A stretch of DNA of 64,000 bases from an uncultured Candidatus Saccharibacteria bacterium (GTDB lineage: Bacteria > Patescibacteriota > Minisyncoccia > UBA6257 > Colwellbacteraceae): the NCBI GenBank assembly GCA_964360065.1, contig CAYHTW010000001.1:6526-70525 (forward strand). The letters run 5' to 3'. The notes beneath the pieces are model-generated. The model saw nothing but the letters and a program-made list of their open reading frames with translations, had not been told where the DNA came from and ran no database searches. Shown piece by piece: positions 28,463 through 38,071 of this stretch. The translations under genes and the position numbers were made by a program. Every line of letters starts with the position of its first letter. Position 1 is the stretch's first letter.

Positions 28463-29302
28463 TTATTTTTTAATTCTTTTATTCGGCCTGCGGGACACGA
28501 TAACAACATGAGACCACTTCTTTTTGTTCCTGGTCTTTCTGCCGCCGGTAACCTTGCCCCAAAGAGTTTTAGGACGCTTAGTACCTCTGGGCTGCCTACC
28601 TTCACCTCCACCGTATGGATGATCAACCGGATTCATGGCACTGCCGCGGACAGTAGGCCTAATACCAAGCTGCCTGGACCGCCCTGCTTTACCGATGTTA
28701 ATCAGGTTATAGTCAGAATTAGAAACCTGTCCTAAAGAAGCTAAGTTATTCCACAAAACTCTTCTGATCTCTCCGGAGGGAAGCTTCAATTGAGTGTAAC
28801 CCTCTTCATGAGCCAAAACCTGAGCCTGACTGCCGGCGCTTCTCACTATAGCTCCGCCCCTGCCCGGAGCAAGTTCAACATTATGAATACCGTAACCAAC
28901 CGGAATATTCTTCAAGGGAACTCTGTTGCCTACGGTTAAGGTGGCTTTAGGTGAGGTTAAGACCGGATCACCAACTTTGATGTCACGGGGCGCCAAATGA
29001 TAACGCCTGTCTCCATCTTTATAAACAACCCTCATAATGAAAGCGCTCCTGTACGGATCATATTCAAGCGCCTCTACCTTACCCGGGACGTTTAACTTAG
29101 CTTGTTTAAAATCAACCATTCTATATATCTTCTTTAAACCTCCGCCTTGGTGGCGAGTAGTAATTCGGCCATGATGATTGCGACCAGCGTGGGTTTTAAG
29201 TCTCTTCGTCTTTGACTTCAGACGAGGGATATCGGTTAAGACGCCGTACTCAACGGTCGTCATTTGCCTTCTTGAGGCTGTATAAGGTTTATAGCGTTTC
29301 AT
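28463..29302 (-). CDS. rplB: 50S ribosomal protein uL2
   Basis: [33 protein letters not shown]. Confidence 0.97.
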   Translation of the reverse strand: MKRYKPYTASRRQMTTVEYGVLTDIPRLKSKTKRLKTHAGRNHHGRITTRHQGGGLKKIYRMVDFKQAKLNVPGKVEALEYDPYRSAFIMRVVYKDGDRRYHLAPRDIKVGDPVLTSPKATLTVGNRVPLKNIPVGYGIHNVELAPGRGGAIVRSAGSQAQVLAHEEGYTQLKLPSGEIRRVLWNNLASLGQVSNSDYNLINIGKAGRSRQLGIRPTVRGSAMNPVDHPYGGGEGRQPRGTKRPKTLWGKVTGGRKTRNKKKWSHVVIVSRRPNKRIKK

Positions 29303-29308
29303 ATCAGT

Positions 29309-29563
29309 TTAGTGAGGTACAATATCAATCTTTTCCCCGGCTTTCAATGTAACAATAACTTTCTTGAATTTTTTGCCTTTTGAAACTCTGTTAATCACAT
29401 TAGTATTAACAACGTGGACTTTATAAATAGACTCAACGGCTTTAGCGATTTCAGAGGCCACCGCGTTTGGCTCCACGGCAAACACATACTTACCTAAGCC
29501 GCTCATTTCGGTAGACTTCTCACTGATCCACGGTTTTTTTATAAGTAAATGGTTAGATCTCAT
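29309..29563 (-). CDS. rplW: 50S ribosomal protein uL23 (short)
   Basis: PWISEKS, KYVF, KKVIVTL. Confidence 0.9.
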   Translation of the reverse strand: MRSNHLLIKKPWISEKSTEMSGLGKYVFAVEPNAVASEIAKAVESIYKVHVVNTNVINRVSKGKKFKKVIVTLKAGEKIDIVPH

Positions 29564-30194
29564 TGTAGTGTTCGTTAATTACAGATACAGCCGACTTATC
29601 CATTAATATTTGCTTGTGATGGAGCAAATCATAGATATTCAAAGATTTGGCGCTCGTAGCCCCAACCTTAACTAAATTCCTGGTAGCTTTATAGATATTC
29701 TTGTCTCCCTCAGCAGGAATGATTAAGGCATTCAAAGTCACTTTTTTCTCCTGAATAAAACCTTTTAGAGAATCGTTCAAAATTTTTGTTTTAGGTTCTT
29801 TTATGGTCAATGAATCAACAATTTTTATTTCACCGTCTTTAAAACGCCTGGCGAGTACCGAAAAAATAGCCAACTGCTTCATTTTCTTATTGATTTTCAA
29901 AGTGTAGTCTCTTTCTTTCGTCGGACCATGAGTAACTCCTCCTCCTTTCCATATGGGAGATCTAATAGAACCGTGCCTAGCTCGACCGGTTCCCTTCTGC
30001 CTCCAAGGTTTCTTGCCTCCTCCAGAGACTTCGCTTCTACCTTTGGCGTGAGCTGACTGATTACGCCTGCCGTTTAACTGAACCCGCAAAGCTTGGTGAA
30101 CTAAATCAGGATTCCACTTAACGCCAAAAACACGCTCTGGCAACTCCATTGTGCCGGCGCGCTCATTCTTTAAATTGTATAAATCAGCGTTCAT
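29553..30194 (-). CDS. rplD: 50S ribosomal protein uL4
   Basis: RSEVSGGGKKPWRQKGTGRARHGS. Confidence 0.96.
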   Translation of the reverse strand: MNADLYNLKNERAGTMELPERVFGVKWNPDLVHQALRVQLNGRRNQSAHAKGRSEVSGGGKKPWRQKGTGRARHGSIRSPIWKGGGVTHGPTKERDYTLKINKKMKQLAIFSVLARRFKDGEIKIVDSLTIKEPKTKILNDSLKGFIQEKKVTLNALIIPAEGDKNIYKATRNLVKVGATSAKSLNIYDLLHHKQILMDKSAVSVINEHYNEI

Positions 30195-30607
30195 TATTTA
30201 TAAATTTGAATTTTACCGTTCCTAGCTCCCGGGACAGCACCTCTTAAGAAGATAATTTTGTTTTCTCTGTCTATCTCCACGATCTTCAGGTTTTTGATAG
30301 TGACTCTATCCACTCCCATGTGGCCAGCCATACGCCTGCCAGGCCAGACTCTTTGAGGAGCGGTGCTGCCGATTGATCCAGGAGCGCGGAGGCGATTCTT
30401 CTGGCCGTGGCTCTTGGGGCCGCCGCCGAAACCGTGACGCTTCACTACGCCTTGGAAGCCGCGTCCCTTAGAAGTACCGCTAACTTTAACTAGCTTGCCA
30501 ACTTCAAAATCAGGATCGGCATCCATTTTGACTAAAGTGACCGGAACGACTTTATCGTCCTGCCAGATTTGGTCCATTTTCATTTTTTTACCAGTTAAAT
30601 AATCCAT
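30194..30607 (-). CDS. rplC: 50S ribosomal protein uL3 with large internal deletion (137 aa)
   Basis: GKKMKMDQ..VPVTLV, SKGRGFQGVVKRH, RAPGSIG, MAGHMG, GAVPG. Confidence 0.92.
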   Translation of the reverse strand: MDYLTGKKMKMDQIWQDDKVVPVTLVKMDADPDFEVGKLVKVSGTSKGRGFQGVVKRHGFGGGPKSHGQKNRLRAPGSIGSTAPQRVWPGRRMAGHMGVDRVTIKNLKIVEIDRENKIIFLRGAVPGARNGKIQIYK

Positions 30608-30687
30608 AACTCAAAAATAATCTAAACAAATGACCGGACGGGCCGGCCATTCATTCTTGTTATTTGGCTATCCTCTAACGGGATAGT

Positions 30688-31020
30688 TTACACCATCTTG
30701 ATTTCGATGTCTACTCCTGCCGGCAGATTCAAATCTTGCAATGACTCTATAATCTTCGGGACAGGCTTTATGATGTCTATTAACCTCTTATGAACCCTCA
30801 TTTCAAACTGTTCCCTGGACTTCTTGTGGACAAAGGTAGAGCGATTAACAGTATACCTTTTGAATTCAGTGGGTAGTGGTATGGGGCCCGATATCTTGGC
30901 GTCATGCCTTCTTAAAGTCTCTATGATTTGCCTGCAGGAGCTATCAATGAGACGATTGTCGTAAGACCGTATCCTTAATCTCAACTTATCTCCCGAAATC
31001 GCCTCTTTGTCTTTAGCCAC
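30688..31020 (-). CDS. rpsJ: 30S ribosomal protein uS10
   Basis: [33 protein letters not shown]. Confidence 0.96.
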   Translation of the reverse strand: MAKDKEAISGDKLRLRIRSYDNRLIDSSCRQIIETLRRHDAKISGPIPLPTEFKRYTVNRSTFVHKKSREQFEMRVHKRLIDIIKPVPKIIESLQDLNLPAGVDIEIKMV

Positions 31021-31025
31021 GTTGT

Positions 31026-32225
31026 TTATTTGATGATCTTGGTAACTACACCTGCTCCCACAGTTTTACCTCCTTCGCGGATAGCAAAACGGGTCTTTTC
31101 TTCCAAGGCTACCGGAGCGATGAGCTTAACGGTGTACTTGATTGTGTCCCCTGGCATAACCATTTCGGTTCCTGCCGGCAGCGTAACCTCACCAGTCACA
31201 TCGGTGGTTCTAATGTAAAACTGTGGCTTGTAACCAGAGAAAATCGGAGTGTGTCTTCCACCTTCCTCCTTACTCAAGATATAAACCTCGGCTTCAAATT
31301 CAGTATGCGGTGTAACGGATCCAGTCTTAGCCAAGACCTGACCACGCTCCACATCTTCTTTTTTAAGTCCGCGGAGAAGTAAACCAACATTGTCTCCGGC
31401 CCTGCCTTCATCCAATAACTTATTGAACATTTCAATGCCGGTAATAACGGTTTTGGCAGTCGGCTTCAAACCGACTATTTCAATTTCTTCGTTAACCTTA
31501 ACTACGCCTCTCTCAATTCTCCCAGTGACAACAGTACCGCGGCCCTCAATGGAGAAGATGTCTTCTACTGGCATCAAGAACGGCAAGTCTAAATCTCTCT
31601 GTGGCACAGGAATGTATTCATCTAAAGCCTTAACGAGCTCTAGAATCGGCTTAGCTTCCTCTGAATCGGCAGAAGTAGTAGCTAGAGCCTTAACGGCCGA
31701 ACCTCTAATAATAGGGGTTTCGTCTCCGGGGAAGTTGTACTTCTTCAAAAGTTCTCTGACTTCGGCTTCGACAAGATCAATGAGTTCTTTGTCATCCACC
31801 GTATCGCACTTGTTTAAGAAAACAACGATTTTAGGAACTCCTACCTGATAGGCCAGAAGAATGTGTTCCCTGGTCTGCGGCATCGGGCCGTCGGCGGCGG
31901 AAACCACCAGAACGGCTCCGTCCATCTGAGCGGCTCCGGTAATCATGTTCTTGATGTAATCGGCGTGGCCAGGGGCATCAATGTGAGCATAGTGCCTGCT
32001 CTCAGATTCATACTCGGAGTGGTGCAAAGCAATCGTGATGCCACGAGCTTTTTCTTCAGGAGCGTTGTCAATCATATCAACAGACTCCTCTTTCTTGGTC
32101 CAACCCTTTAAGTGAAGGACGTGGGTGATGGCCGCGGTCAAAGTTGTTTTACCGTGATCAACGTGACCGATAGTTCCCACATTTAAGTGCGGCTTAACCC
32201 TATCAAATTTTTCTTTCTCTGCCAT
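31026..32225 (-). CDS. tuf: Elongation factor Tu
   Basis: [22 protein letters not shown]. Confidence 0.98.
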   Translation of the reverse strand: MAEKEKFDRVKPHLNVGTIGHVDHGKTTLTAAITHVLHLKGWTKKEESVDMIDNAPEEKARGITIALHHSEYESESRHYAHIDAPGHADYIKNMITGAAQMDGAVLVVSAADGPMPQTREHILLAYQVGVPKIVVFLNKCDTVDDKELIDLVEAEVRELLKKYNFPGDETPIIRGSAVKALATTSADSEEAKPILELVKALDEYIPVPQRDLDLPFLMPVEDIFSIEGRGTVVTGRIERGVVKVNEEIEIVGLKPTAKTVITGIEMFNKLLDEGRAGDNVGLLLRGLKKEDVERGQVLAKTGSVTPHTEFEAEVYILSKEEGGRHTPIFSGYKPQFYIRTTDVTGEVTLPAGTEMVMPGDTIKYTVKLIAPVALEEKTRFAIREGGKTVGAGVVTKIIK

Positions 32226-32292
32226 GTTTTTGTTTTATGCTATTTTTTGAGCTTCGACTCTTTTTGTTAATTTTTGTTAAAACTGCCACAAG

Positions 32293-32321
32293 AGTTTAGT
32301 AAAAAGATGTCTATGTGTCAA
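32293..32321 (-). promoter_or_regulatory. Internal tuf promoter
   Basis: TTGACA-N17-TAAACT. Confidence 0.7.
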
Positions 32322-32350
32322 CACAGCACCACCTTTAAGGGTGTTTGTAT

Positions 32351-34453
32351 TTACTTCTTACCTTCGGCAATCAATGACTCCATACTCTTAGGTACGGCCT
32401 CATAGGCAGCGAACTCCATAGTAAATGAACCCCTACCCTGAGTCATGCTCCTTAGCTTAGTGGCGTAACCAAACATTTCGGAAAGCGGCACCTTAGCCTC
32501 AACCACTTTAATCGTTCCCCTGTCGTTCATGGCTTCAATCCTGCCACGCTTGGAGGAAATGTCGCCAGTCACGTCTCCCAAGAAATCACCGGGAGCAATA
32601 ACCTGTAATCTCATTATAGGTTCAAGCACTATCGGCTTAGCGCGCCTCACGGCTTCCTGCAGAGCCATAGAACCGGCAATTTTAAAAGCAGCTTCAGATG
32701 AATCCACTTCGTGATAGGAACCATCTGTCAGGGTAACTTCTATGTCCACTATCGGGAACCCAGCTACTACGCCTTTAGCTATGGCCTCGTTAACGCCTTT
32801 TTCAATCGCAGGAATATATTCGTGAGGGACAGAACCTCCTTTAACTTCGTTTAAGAAGACAATACCGCTGCCTCTCTGCCCGTTCTTAACTTCCAGGACA
32901 GCGTGGCCGTATTGACCGCGTCCACCGGATTGCTTGATATATTTACCTTCAGCTTCAGCGGAAGCAGTGATGGTTTCCTTGTAAGAAACTTGAGGACGGC
33001 CTACTTCGGCTCCCACTCCGAACTCCCGCTTCATTCTTTCCACAAAAACTTCCAGATGAAGTTCCCCCATACCAGAAATAATGGTTTCGCCGGTTTCGGA
33101 ATTACCTCCAACGTGGAAAGTAGGATCTTCTTGGGATAACTTCTTCAAAGCCATACCCATTTTTTCCTGGTCGGCTTTAGTTTTAGGGCTGATTTTCTGG
33201 CTGATGACTGGCTCTGGGAAGACAATGGATTCAAGAATAATCGGATGCTCGGGATCACAAAGCGTGTCCCCCGTCATAGTGTCCTTGAGCCCAACCAAGG
33301 CGCCGATTTCTCCGGTATAAATCTCTTCAATTTCTTCCCTGTGATTCGCGTGCATCTTTAAGATACGGCCGATTCTTTCCTGGGAATTTTTAGTGGCGTT
33401 TGAAACATAGCTGCCTCTCTTAAGGGTTCCCGAGTAAACACGGAAGTAAGTCAGACTGCCAACATAAGGGTCACTGGCGATTTTAAAAGCCAAGGCAGTA
33501 AAAGGTTCGGAATCTTTAGGGAGTCTTACAATTTCTTCGCTAGTGTCTGGGTTCACACCCTTAACTCCGGCCAATTCATCAGGTGAAGGCAAGTAATCAA
33601 CTACGGCGTCTAACATCAATTGCACGCCCTTATTTTTTAGAGCAGAACCGCAAAGTACAGGAATGATACTTACCTTGATAGTAGCTTTACGAAGAGCGGC
33701 ACGAAGCTCATCCTCGGAGATTTCATGACCTTCCAAGTATTTATTAGTGAGAGCTTCGTCTTCGCCGGAAATCTTTTCCACTAAGAGATGTCTGGCTTTC
33801 AGAACCGCAGATGTCATATTTTCAGGAATTGGAATCTCTACAATGCTGTCACCTTTCTCACCTTCAAATTTATAAGCTTTGTTTTTTATAAGATCTATGA
33901 CGCCAGAAAAATCACCTTCCAATCCTATCGGAAGCTGAATAGGGATAGCGTTGGGTGTTAAACGTTCTATAATGGAAGCAAGGCTTTTCTCAAAGTTCGC
34001 GCCCATACGATCTAATTTATTAATAAAACATATGCGTGGCACATTATATTCATCTGCATAGTGCCAGTTAGTTTCAGATTGGGGTTCCACGCCAGCCACA
34101 CCATCGAAAACAACCACGGCGCCGTCCAAAACACGCAGAGACCTCTTAACTTCAACTGTGAAATCAATGTGCCCAGGAGTATCAATAAGATTTATGCGAT
34201 ATTCAAAGTTTTTGTCACCGTTCCTATAAGTAGGTGTCCAGAAACAAGTGGTAGCGGCAGAGGTTATAGTGATACCCCTTTCACGCTCCTGTTCCATCCA
34301 GTCCATAATGGCCTCTCCTTCGTGAACCTCGCCAATTTTGTGGGACATACCGGTATAAAAAAGCACCCTCTCGGACACAGTTGTTTTGCCAGCATCAATA
34401 TGGGCGATAATTCCAATATCTCTAACTTTCTCTATAGGGTAAAGACGTGACAT
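32351..34453 (-). CDS. fusA: Elongation factor G
   Basis: [34 protein letters not shown]. Confidence 0.98.
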   Translation of the reverse strand: MSRLYPIEKVRDIGIIAHIDAGKTTVSERVLFYTGMSHKIGEVHEGEAIMDWMEQERERGITITSAATTCFWTPTYRNGDKNFEYRINLIDTPGHIDFTVEVKRSLRVLDGAVVVFDGVAGVEPQSETNWHYADEYNVPRICFINKLDRMGANFEKSLASIIERLTPNAIPIQLPIGLEGDFSGVIDLIKNKAYKFEGEKGDSIVEIPIPENMTSAVLKARHLLVEKISGEDEALTNKYLEGHEISEDELRAALRKATIKVSIIPVLCGSALKNKGVQLMLDAVVDYLPSPDELAGVKGVNPDTSEEIVRLPKDSEPFTALAFKIASDPYVGSLTYFRVYSGTLKRGSYVSNATKNSQERIGRILKMHANHREEIEEIYTGEIGALVGLKDTMTGDTLCDPEHPIILESIVFPEPVISQKISPKTKADQEKMGMALKKLSQEDPTFHVGGNSETGETIISGMGELHLEVFVERMKREFGVGAEVGRPQVSYKETITASAEAEGKYIKQSGGRGQYGHAVLEVKNGQRGSGIVFLNEVKGGSVPHEYIPAIEKGVNEAIAKGVVAGFPIVDIEVTLTDGSYHEVDSSEAAFKIAGSMALQEAVRRAKPIVLEPIMRLQVIAPGDFLGDVTGDISSKRGRIEAMNDRGTIKVVEAKVPLSEMFGYATKLRSMTQGRGSFTMEFAAYEAVPKSMESLIAEGKK

Positions 34454-34462
34454 AGAGAATTT

Positions 34463-34930
34463 TTATCTAGAGAAGTGAGCGAAGGCGCGGTTCGCTTCGG
34501 CCATTCTGTGGACGTCTTGTTTTTTCTTGATGGCGGAGCCTTCGTTATTATAAGCGGCGAGCAATTCTTCAGCCAACTTTTCTCCCATACCTTTGCCTTT
34601 CTTAGCTCGCGCTGCGGCAATTATCCAACGGGCAGCTAGAACAAACTTTCTGTCGGGCCTGACTTCTTCCGGTATCTGGTAGTTGGCGCCTCCAACACGG
34701 CGGGAAACAACAGCTACGGTCGGAGCAACGTTTTCCAAAGCTTTCTCAAAAACAACCAGAGGTTCAAGCTTGAGTTTTTCTTTAATGATATCCATGGCGC
34801 GGTAAATGACTTTCTCGGCAGCGTACTTACGGCCATCTTCCATGATGTAGTTAGTGAAACGTGTTAAAGCGACGCTATCATATTTAACGTCAGGATTAAA
34901 TTCTCTTTTGTAATTTTTTTTCTTTCTCAT
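34463..34930 (-). CDS. rpsG: 30S ribosomal protein uS7
   Basis: SRRVGGANYQIP, HRMAEANRAFAH. Confidence 0.97.
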   Translation of the reverse strand: MRKKKNYKREFNPDVKYDSVALTRFTNYIMEDGRKYAAEKVIYRAMDIIKEKLKLEPLVVFEKALENVAPTVAVVSRRVGGANYQIPEEVRPDRKFVLAARWIIAAARAKKGKGMGEKLAEELLAAYNNEGSAIKKKQDVHRMAEANRAFAHFSR

Positions 34931-34932
34931 GG

Positions 34933-35346
34933 TTATTTCTTGGCACGTTTGGCTCCATACTTACTTCTCTGCTGCTTACGGGCGTTGACCCCAGTGGTGT
35001 CCAGGACGCCTCTCACGATGTGATAACGCACACCGGGCAAATCTTTGACCCTACCTCCCCTAATCATAACTACGGAGTGCTCCTGAAGAGTGTGCCCTTC
35101 TCCGGGGATGTAGGCGGTAACTTCCTGACCGTTAGTTAGTCTGACCCTAGCAACCTTCCTTAAAGCAGAGTTTGGTTTCTTTGGGGTGGTGGTAAAAACC
35201 TTTAGGCAAACACCCCTTTTAAAGGGAGAAGGCGATGCCACCGGGCGATTTTGTATAACATTAAAATAAATCCCCATGGCTGGGGTTTTATCCTTGCGCG
35301 CCGATTTAGTTCTGCCCCGCTTTAAAAGCTGACGAATAGTAGGCAT
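34933..35346 (-). CDS. rpsL: 30S ribosomal protein uS12
   Basis: [22 protein letters not shown]. Confidence 0.98.
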   Translation of the reverse strand: MPTIRQLLKRGRTKSARKDKTPAMGIYFNVIQNRPVASPSPFKRGVCLKVFTTTPKKPNSALRKVARVRLTNGQEVTAYIPGEGHTLQEHSVVMIRGGRVKDLPGVRYHIVRGVLDTTGVNARKQQRSKYGAKRAKK

Positions 35347-35355
35347 ATCGCGAAT

Positions 35356-35384
35356 ATCTTACAGATAAGGAGTTTGCTTGTCAA
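35356..35384 (-). promoter_or_regulatory. str operon promoter (near-leaderless)
   Basis: TTGACA-N17-TAAGAT-N9-ATG. Confidence 0.7.
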
Positions 35385-35399
35385 TTCACCCTCCCCACT

Positions 35400-36029
35400 C
35401 TACAGAGCCCCCACTCCCGTAAAGAGATAAAATAAAGCTTCTGCTGGAACCATGATAATAAAACCAAAGAAATAAAGGAAAAGGACTACTACCAAAACTC
35501 CACTCAAGCCTATATTTTCTATTATATGCGCATAACGAGGCGGCAAAATAGCTGAAAATATCTTAGAGCCGTCCAAAGGCGGAATGGGCACTAAGTTAAA
35601 AACTGCCAGATAACAATTCATTAAAACGATGATTGATAGGAATCCTAAAATGGTGGGACTTAGTAACCCTATACCGAATCTAATAATAAGACCAAAAACC
35701 AAAGCTAAGGCTAGATTAGATAATGGACCCGCTAATGCAACTTTTAAAGGACCATATCGGAAATCTTTATAAAGAGCATTAGGATTATAAGGCACTGGCT
35801 TAGCCCAACCCAAGACAACCGGAGAATTAGTCAAAACAAGAAGTATAGGTAATATTACCGAACCGAAAGGATCAAGATGGCTAATTGGGTTAAGTGTCAG
35901 ACGCCCGGCGTCTTTAGCGGTTTGGTCTCCAAGTCTCAGGGCTACGAGACCGTGAGAGATTTCGTGGAGCATTACAGAAAAAAGCAGGACCACGAGTTGA
36001 AATACAATTAACAATATGCTATTGTCCAT
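35400..36029 (-). CDS. Site-2 protease family (M50) protein
   Basis: HEISH, GRLTLNP, WAKPVP, FNLVPIPPLDGS. Confidence 0.92.
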   Translation of the reverse strand: MDNSILLIVFQLVVLLFSVMLHEISHGLVALRLGDQTAKDAGRLTLNPISHLDPFGSVILPILLVLTNSPVVLGWAKPVPYNPNALYKDFRYGPLKVALAGPLSNLALALVFGLIIRFGIGLLSPTILGFLSIIVLMNCYLAVFNLVPIPPLDGSKIFSAILPPRYAHIIENIGLSGVLVVVLFLYFFGFIIMVPAEALFYLFTGVGAL

Positions 36030-36059
36030 TTGTTTTAAATCTTATAATATACCGAATCA

Positions 36060-36248
36060 ATGAAAAAGTGCGAAGTTTGCGACAAAGGATCAATCATGAG
36101 AGGCCACAGAGTTAAGCTTCGTGGCCATTATAATCCACAGCCTAAGACAAGGAAATATCCTAACCTGCAATCTTTTCGTTCTCCGGAAGGAAAAAAAATG
36201 GTAGCCTGCGCCAAATGCATTAAAGCCGCTGGACGGGCCATCGGATAG
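36060..36248 (+). CDS. rpmB: 50S ribosomal protein bL28 (zinc type)
   Basis: CEVCDK, KYPNLQ, CAKCIK. Confidence 0.88.
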   Translation: MKKCEVCDKGSIMRGHRVKLRGHYNPQPKTRKYPNLQSFRSPEGKKMVACAKCIKAAGRAIG

Positions 36249-36304
36249 TGGTAGTCCGTACCCTTGGGGTGGGTATAGTCCCGGTTCGATTCCGGGTGGC
36301 CCGA
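36234..36304 (+). tRNA. tRNA-Pro(GGG)
   Basis: Acceptor CGGGCCA/TGGCCCG, anticodon arm TACCC-TTGGGGT-GGGTA, T-arm CCCGG-TTCGATT-CCGGG; CCA not encoded. Confidence 0.93.
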
Positions 36305-36325
36305 CTAATCAAAAAGATGCTGGAT

Positions 36326-36377
36326 TATAGTGGCAGTTCCCTGCCTGCCGGCAGGCAGGGATTCTGCCTGGCCCGAC
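36326..36377 (+). pseudogene. tRNA-Pro-like 3' half fragment interrupted by a palindrome
   Basis: tatagt-ggcag-ttc[20 bp]gatt-ctgcc-tggcccgac versus tRNA tatagt-cccgg-ttcgatt-ccggg-tggcccgac. Confidence 0.75.
36339..36360. repeat. Perfect 22-bp palindrome ccctgcctgccggcaggcaggg
   Basis: Read directly from sequence. Confidence 0.95.
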
Positions 36378-36454
36378 AAATAATATAAGACTCTTTAAAG
36401 GGCCTTTTATTTTTATTGCAAGCTAAATGATGTTTAGATGTTTTTATTAAAACG

Positions 36455-36481
36455 AAAAGCGGCCTTTTAGTGGTCGCTTTT
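36455..36481. terminator. Bidirectional terminator-like hairpin
   Basis: aaaagcggcc-N7-ggtcgctttt between convergent units. Confidence 0.65.
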
Positions 36482-36628
36482 TCTTAAAATATTTTATTAG
36501 ATGCCGAGAAGTTGTGTGATTAATTGAAGTCCACTCCGTCCGTTAACATCTAAGACGCCAACTCCACCACTTGGATTTCCACTACCGCCAGACCCGGCAG
36601 AATCGCCACATAACTATAAAAAGTGGCG

Positions 36629-38059
36629 TTAACTTTTCTGGCACACGAGGAGTTGAACGTAGGGAGCGTTGGTGCCGGCAACTGACCCCGCAGCATCAGT
36701 TGAACCAGATGAACCAGAGTTTTGTCCTAACTCCCACGCACCATTCCAGTTCCACGGCGCAGAGTTAGAAACATTCTGCAGGCCATGCGAGTGTTGGCCA
36801 ACCGGTCTATCCTCAAGGTTAGACAAAGCCGTCCCTGCTGTTCCTGCAAGCGTTCCAGCGAGCGGCAACCCTACAATGTACCTACCTCTTGCGGCAGTAA
36901 GCTCTGTCCAACCCACAGGGCAGGCGGCTAAGTTAAAAAATGATACCGCGCCGGCGGGACTACCGCCCGAAGCCCAACTTAAGTTACCCAAACCATCGTT
37001 TTGTAAACTGGTGGAAGCACCTCCCTGGGCGTTTGGTAGAGTTAAAGTATAAGAACCAGCGATAGCTGCGGGCTGAATAATTATTTTTCCTGAAGTGTTG
37101 CCAGATAATGAGAGAACGCCTTTTGTAGTTCCTGCTGTTCCTAATGATAGAAGTTCTCCTGGACTAGTGTTGCCTACCCCCACATTCCCCGTATTGAAGT
37201 AGATGTTGGCTCCTGTTGTAATCCACTGGCTTACGAATTGCCATGCTGTTCCTGTATAAGCCTTGAGTCTGTTGGTTGTAGTGTTGTAATAGAGTCCTCC
37301 TGTGGCGGTGGTCACTCCTGTCTCTTGGGCATCGGTGTAGCTTCCTAGACCCAGGACTCCTGTGAGGAAGATGTTCTTCCAAGCTTTGGGGGCTCCTGTC
37401 AGGGTGCCTATGTTTCTGGAGTTAGTGGCATCAGGAAGGAGGTCTGAATCAAATGTGGCAGCAGAGACTCTGCCGATTGCAGAGCGTAAGGTTCTTGATA
37501 TCTGTTGGTCTGGATTAGTGGAGTTGTATGTAAGGGTGGCGTCAATTTGGACTGTGGCATGGCCTCCTGGAATATCAAACTTTGTGAAGGTGAGTGTGTT
37601 GGCGCTCACTTTGCTTGTTGTGAGGGCTTGTGTGGTGCTTGTGCAGTTTTGTTTGTTGGTGGCGTCAGGGCCTTGAGCCATGAGAATCTGGGTGCCCTGG
37701 AGATATATACATGTGGGGTCTAGGGTTGGGTCTTCAAAGCGTAGCTTGAGATATGGGCCTGATGAGAGAGAGCAGTTTGTGTTAGAGACGCATTCAATGT
37801 TTGAGGAGCTTCTCACCTGTGACTGGACTGTTGTGAGGACCAGGTTGAGTTCTGATGATACTTGGGTGGATACAACCTGATTGCTTTCAATCTTGGTTGA
37901 TGTGATGAGGATGGTGGTGAGGAGGCCTGCGACTGTTCCGAAGATGGCCGTGTATATGACGAGCTCTATGAGTGTGAAGCCCCGCACCAAAGATTTTGAT
38001 GTGGGGGTGAAGCCTGGGGTGGATTCTTTTTCTTTGTTAATCTGGAAGAACTTAAACAT
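36629..38059 (-). CDS. Type IV prepilin-like protein fused to tail-fibre/tail-collar-like adhesin modules
   Basis: RG/FTLIELVIY prepilin motif; LYYNTTT..YTGTAW, GNVGVG, YTLTLP, PAGAVSFF..CPVGW..GRYIVG. Confidence 0.75.
   Translation of the reverse strand: MFKFFQINKEKESTPGFTPTSKSLVRGFTLIELVIYTAIFGTVAGLLTTILITSTKIESNQVVSTQVSSELNLVLTTVQSQVRSSSNIECVSNTNCSLSSGPYLKLRFEDPTLDPTCIYLQGTQILMAQGPDATNKQNCTSTTQALTTSKVSANTLTFTKFDIPGGHATVQIDATLTYNSTNPDQQISRTLRSAIGRVSAATFDSDLLPDATNSRNIGTLTGAPKAWKNIFLTGVLGLGSYTDAQETGVTTATGGLYYNTTTNRLKAYTGTAWQFVSQWITTGANIYFNTGNVGVGNTSPGELLSLGTAGTTKGVLSLSGNTSGKIIIQPAAIAGSYTLTLPNAQGGASTSLQNDGLGNLSWASGGSPAGAVSFFNLAACPVGWTELTAARGRYIVGLPLAGTLAGTAGTALSNLEDRPVGQHSHGLQNVSNSAPWNWNGAWELGQNSGSSGSTDAAGSVAGTNAPYVQLLVCQKS
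37974..38014. mobile_element. 33-bp in-frame palindromic micro-insertion with 8-bp direct repeats at the prepilin cleavage site
   Basis: gtgaagcc at 37974-37981 and 38007-38014 flank ccccgcaccaaa-gat-tttgatgtgggg (10/12 inverted match); protein GFT-PTSKSLVR-GFT. Confidence 0.65.
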
Positions 38060-38071
38060 TTCTTTGAATTG

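Noticed and set aside
30717-31182. cctgccggcag in rpsJ and tuf
   Set aside because: Encodes LPAG at normal positions without a length change; short chance palindromes.
36600-36800. Diversity-generating retroelement target (variable C-terminus plus downstream hairpin)
   Set aside because: No reverse transcriptase or template repeat in the window, and the codons are not AAY-derived in pattern; a remote DGR cannot be excluded.
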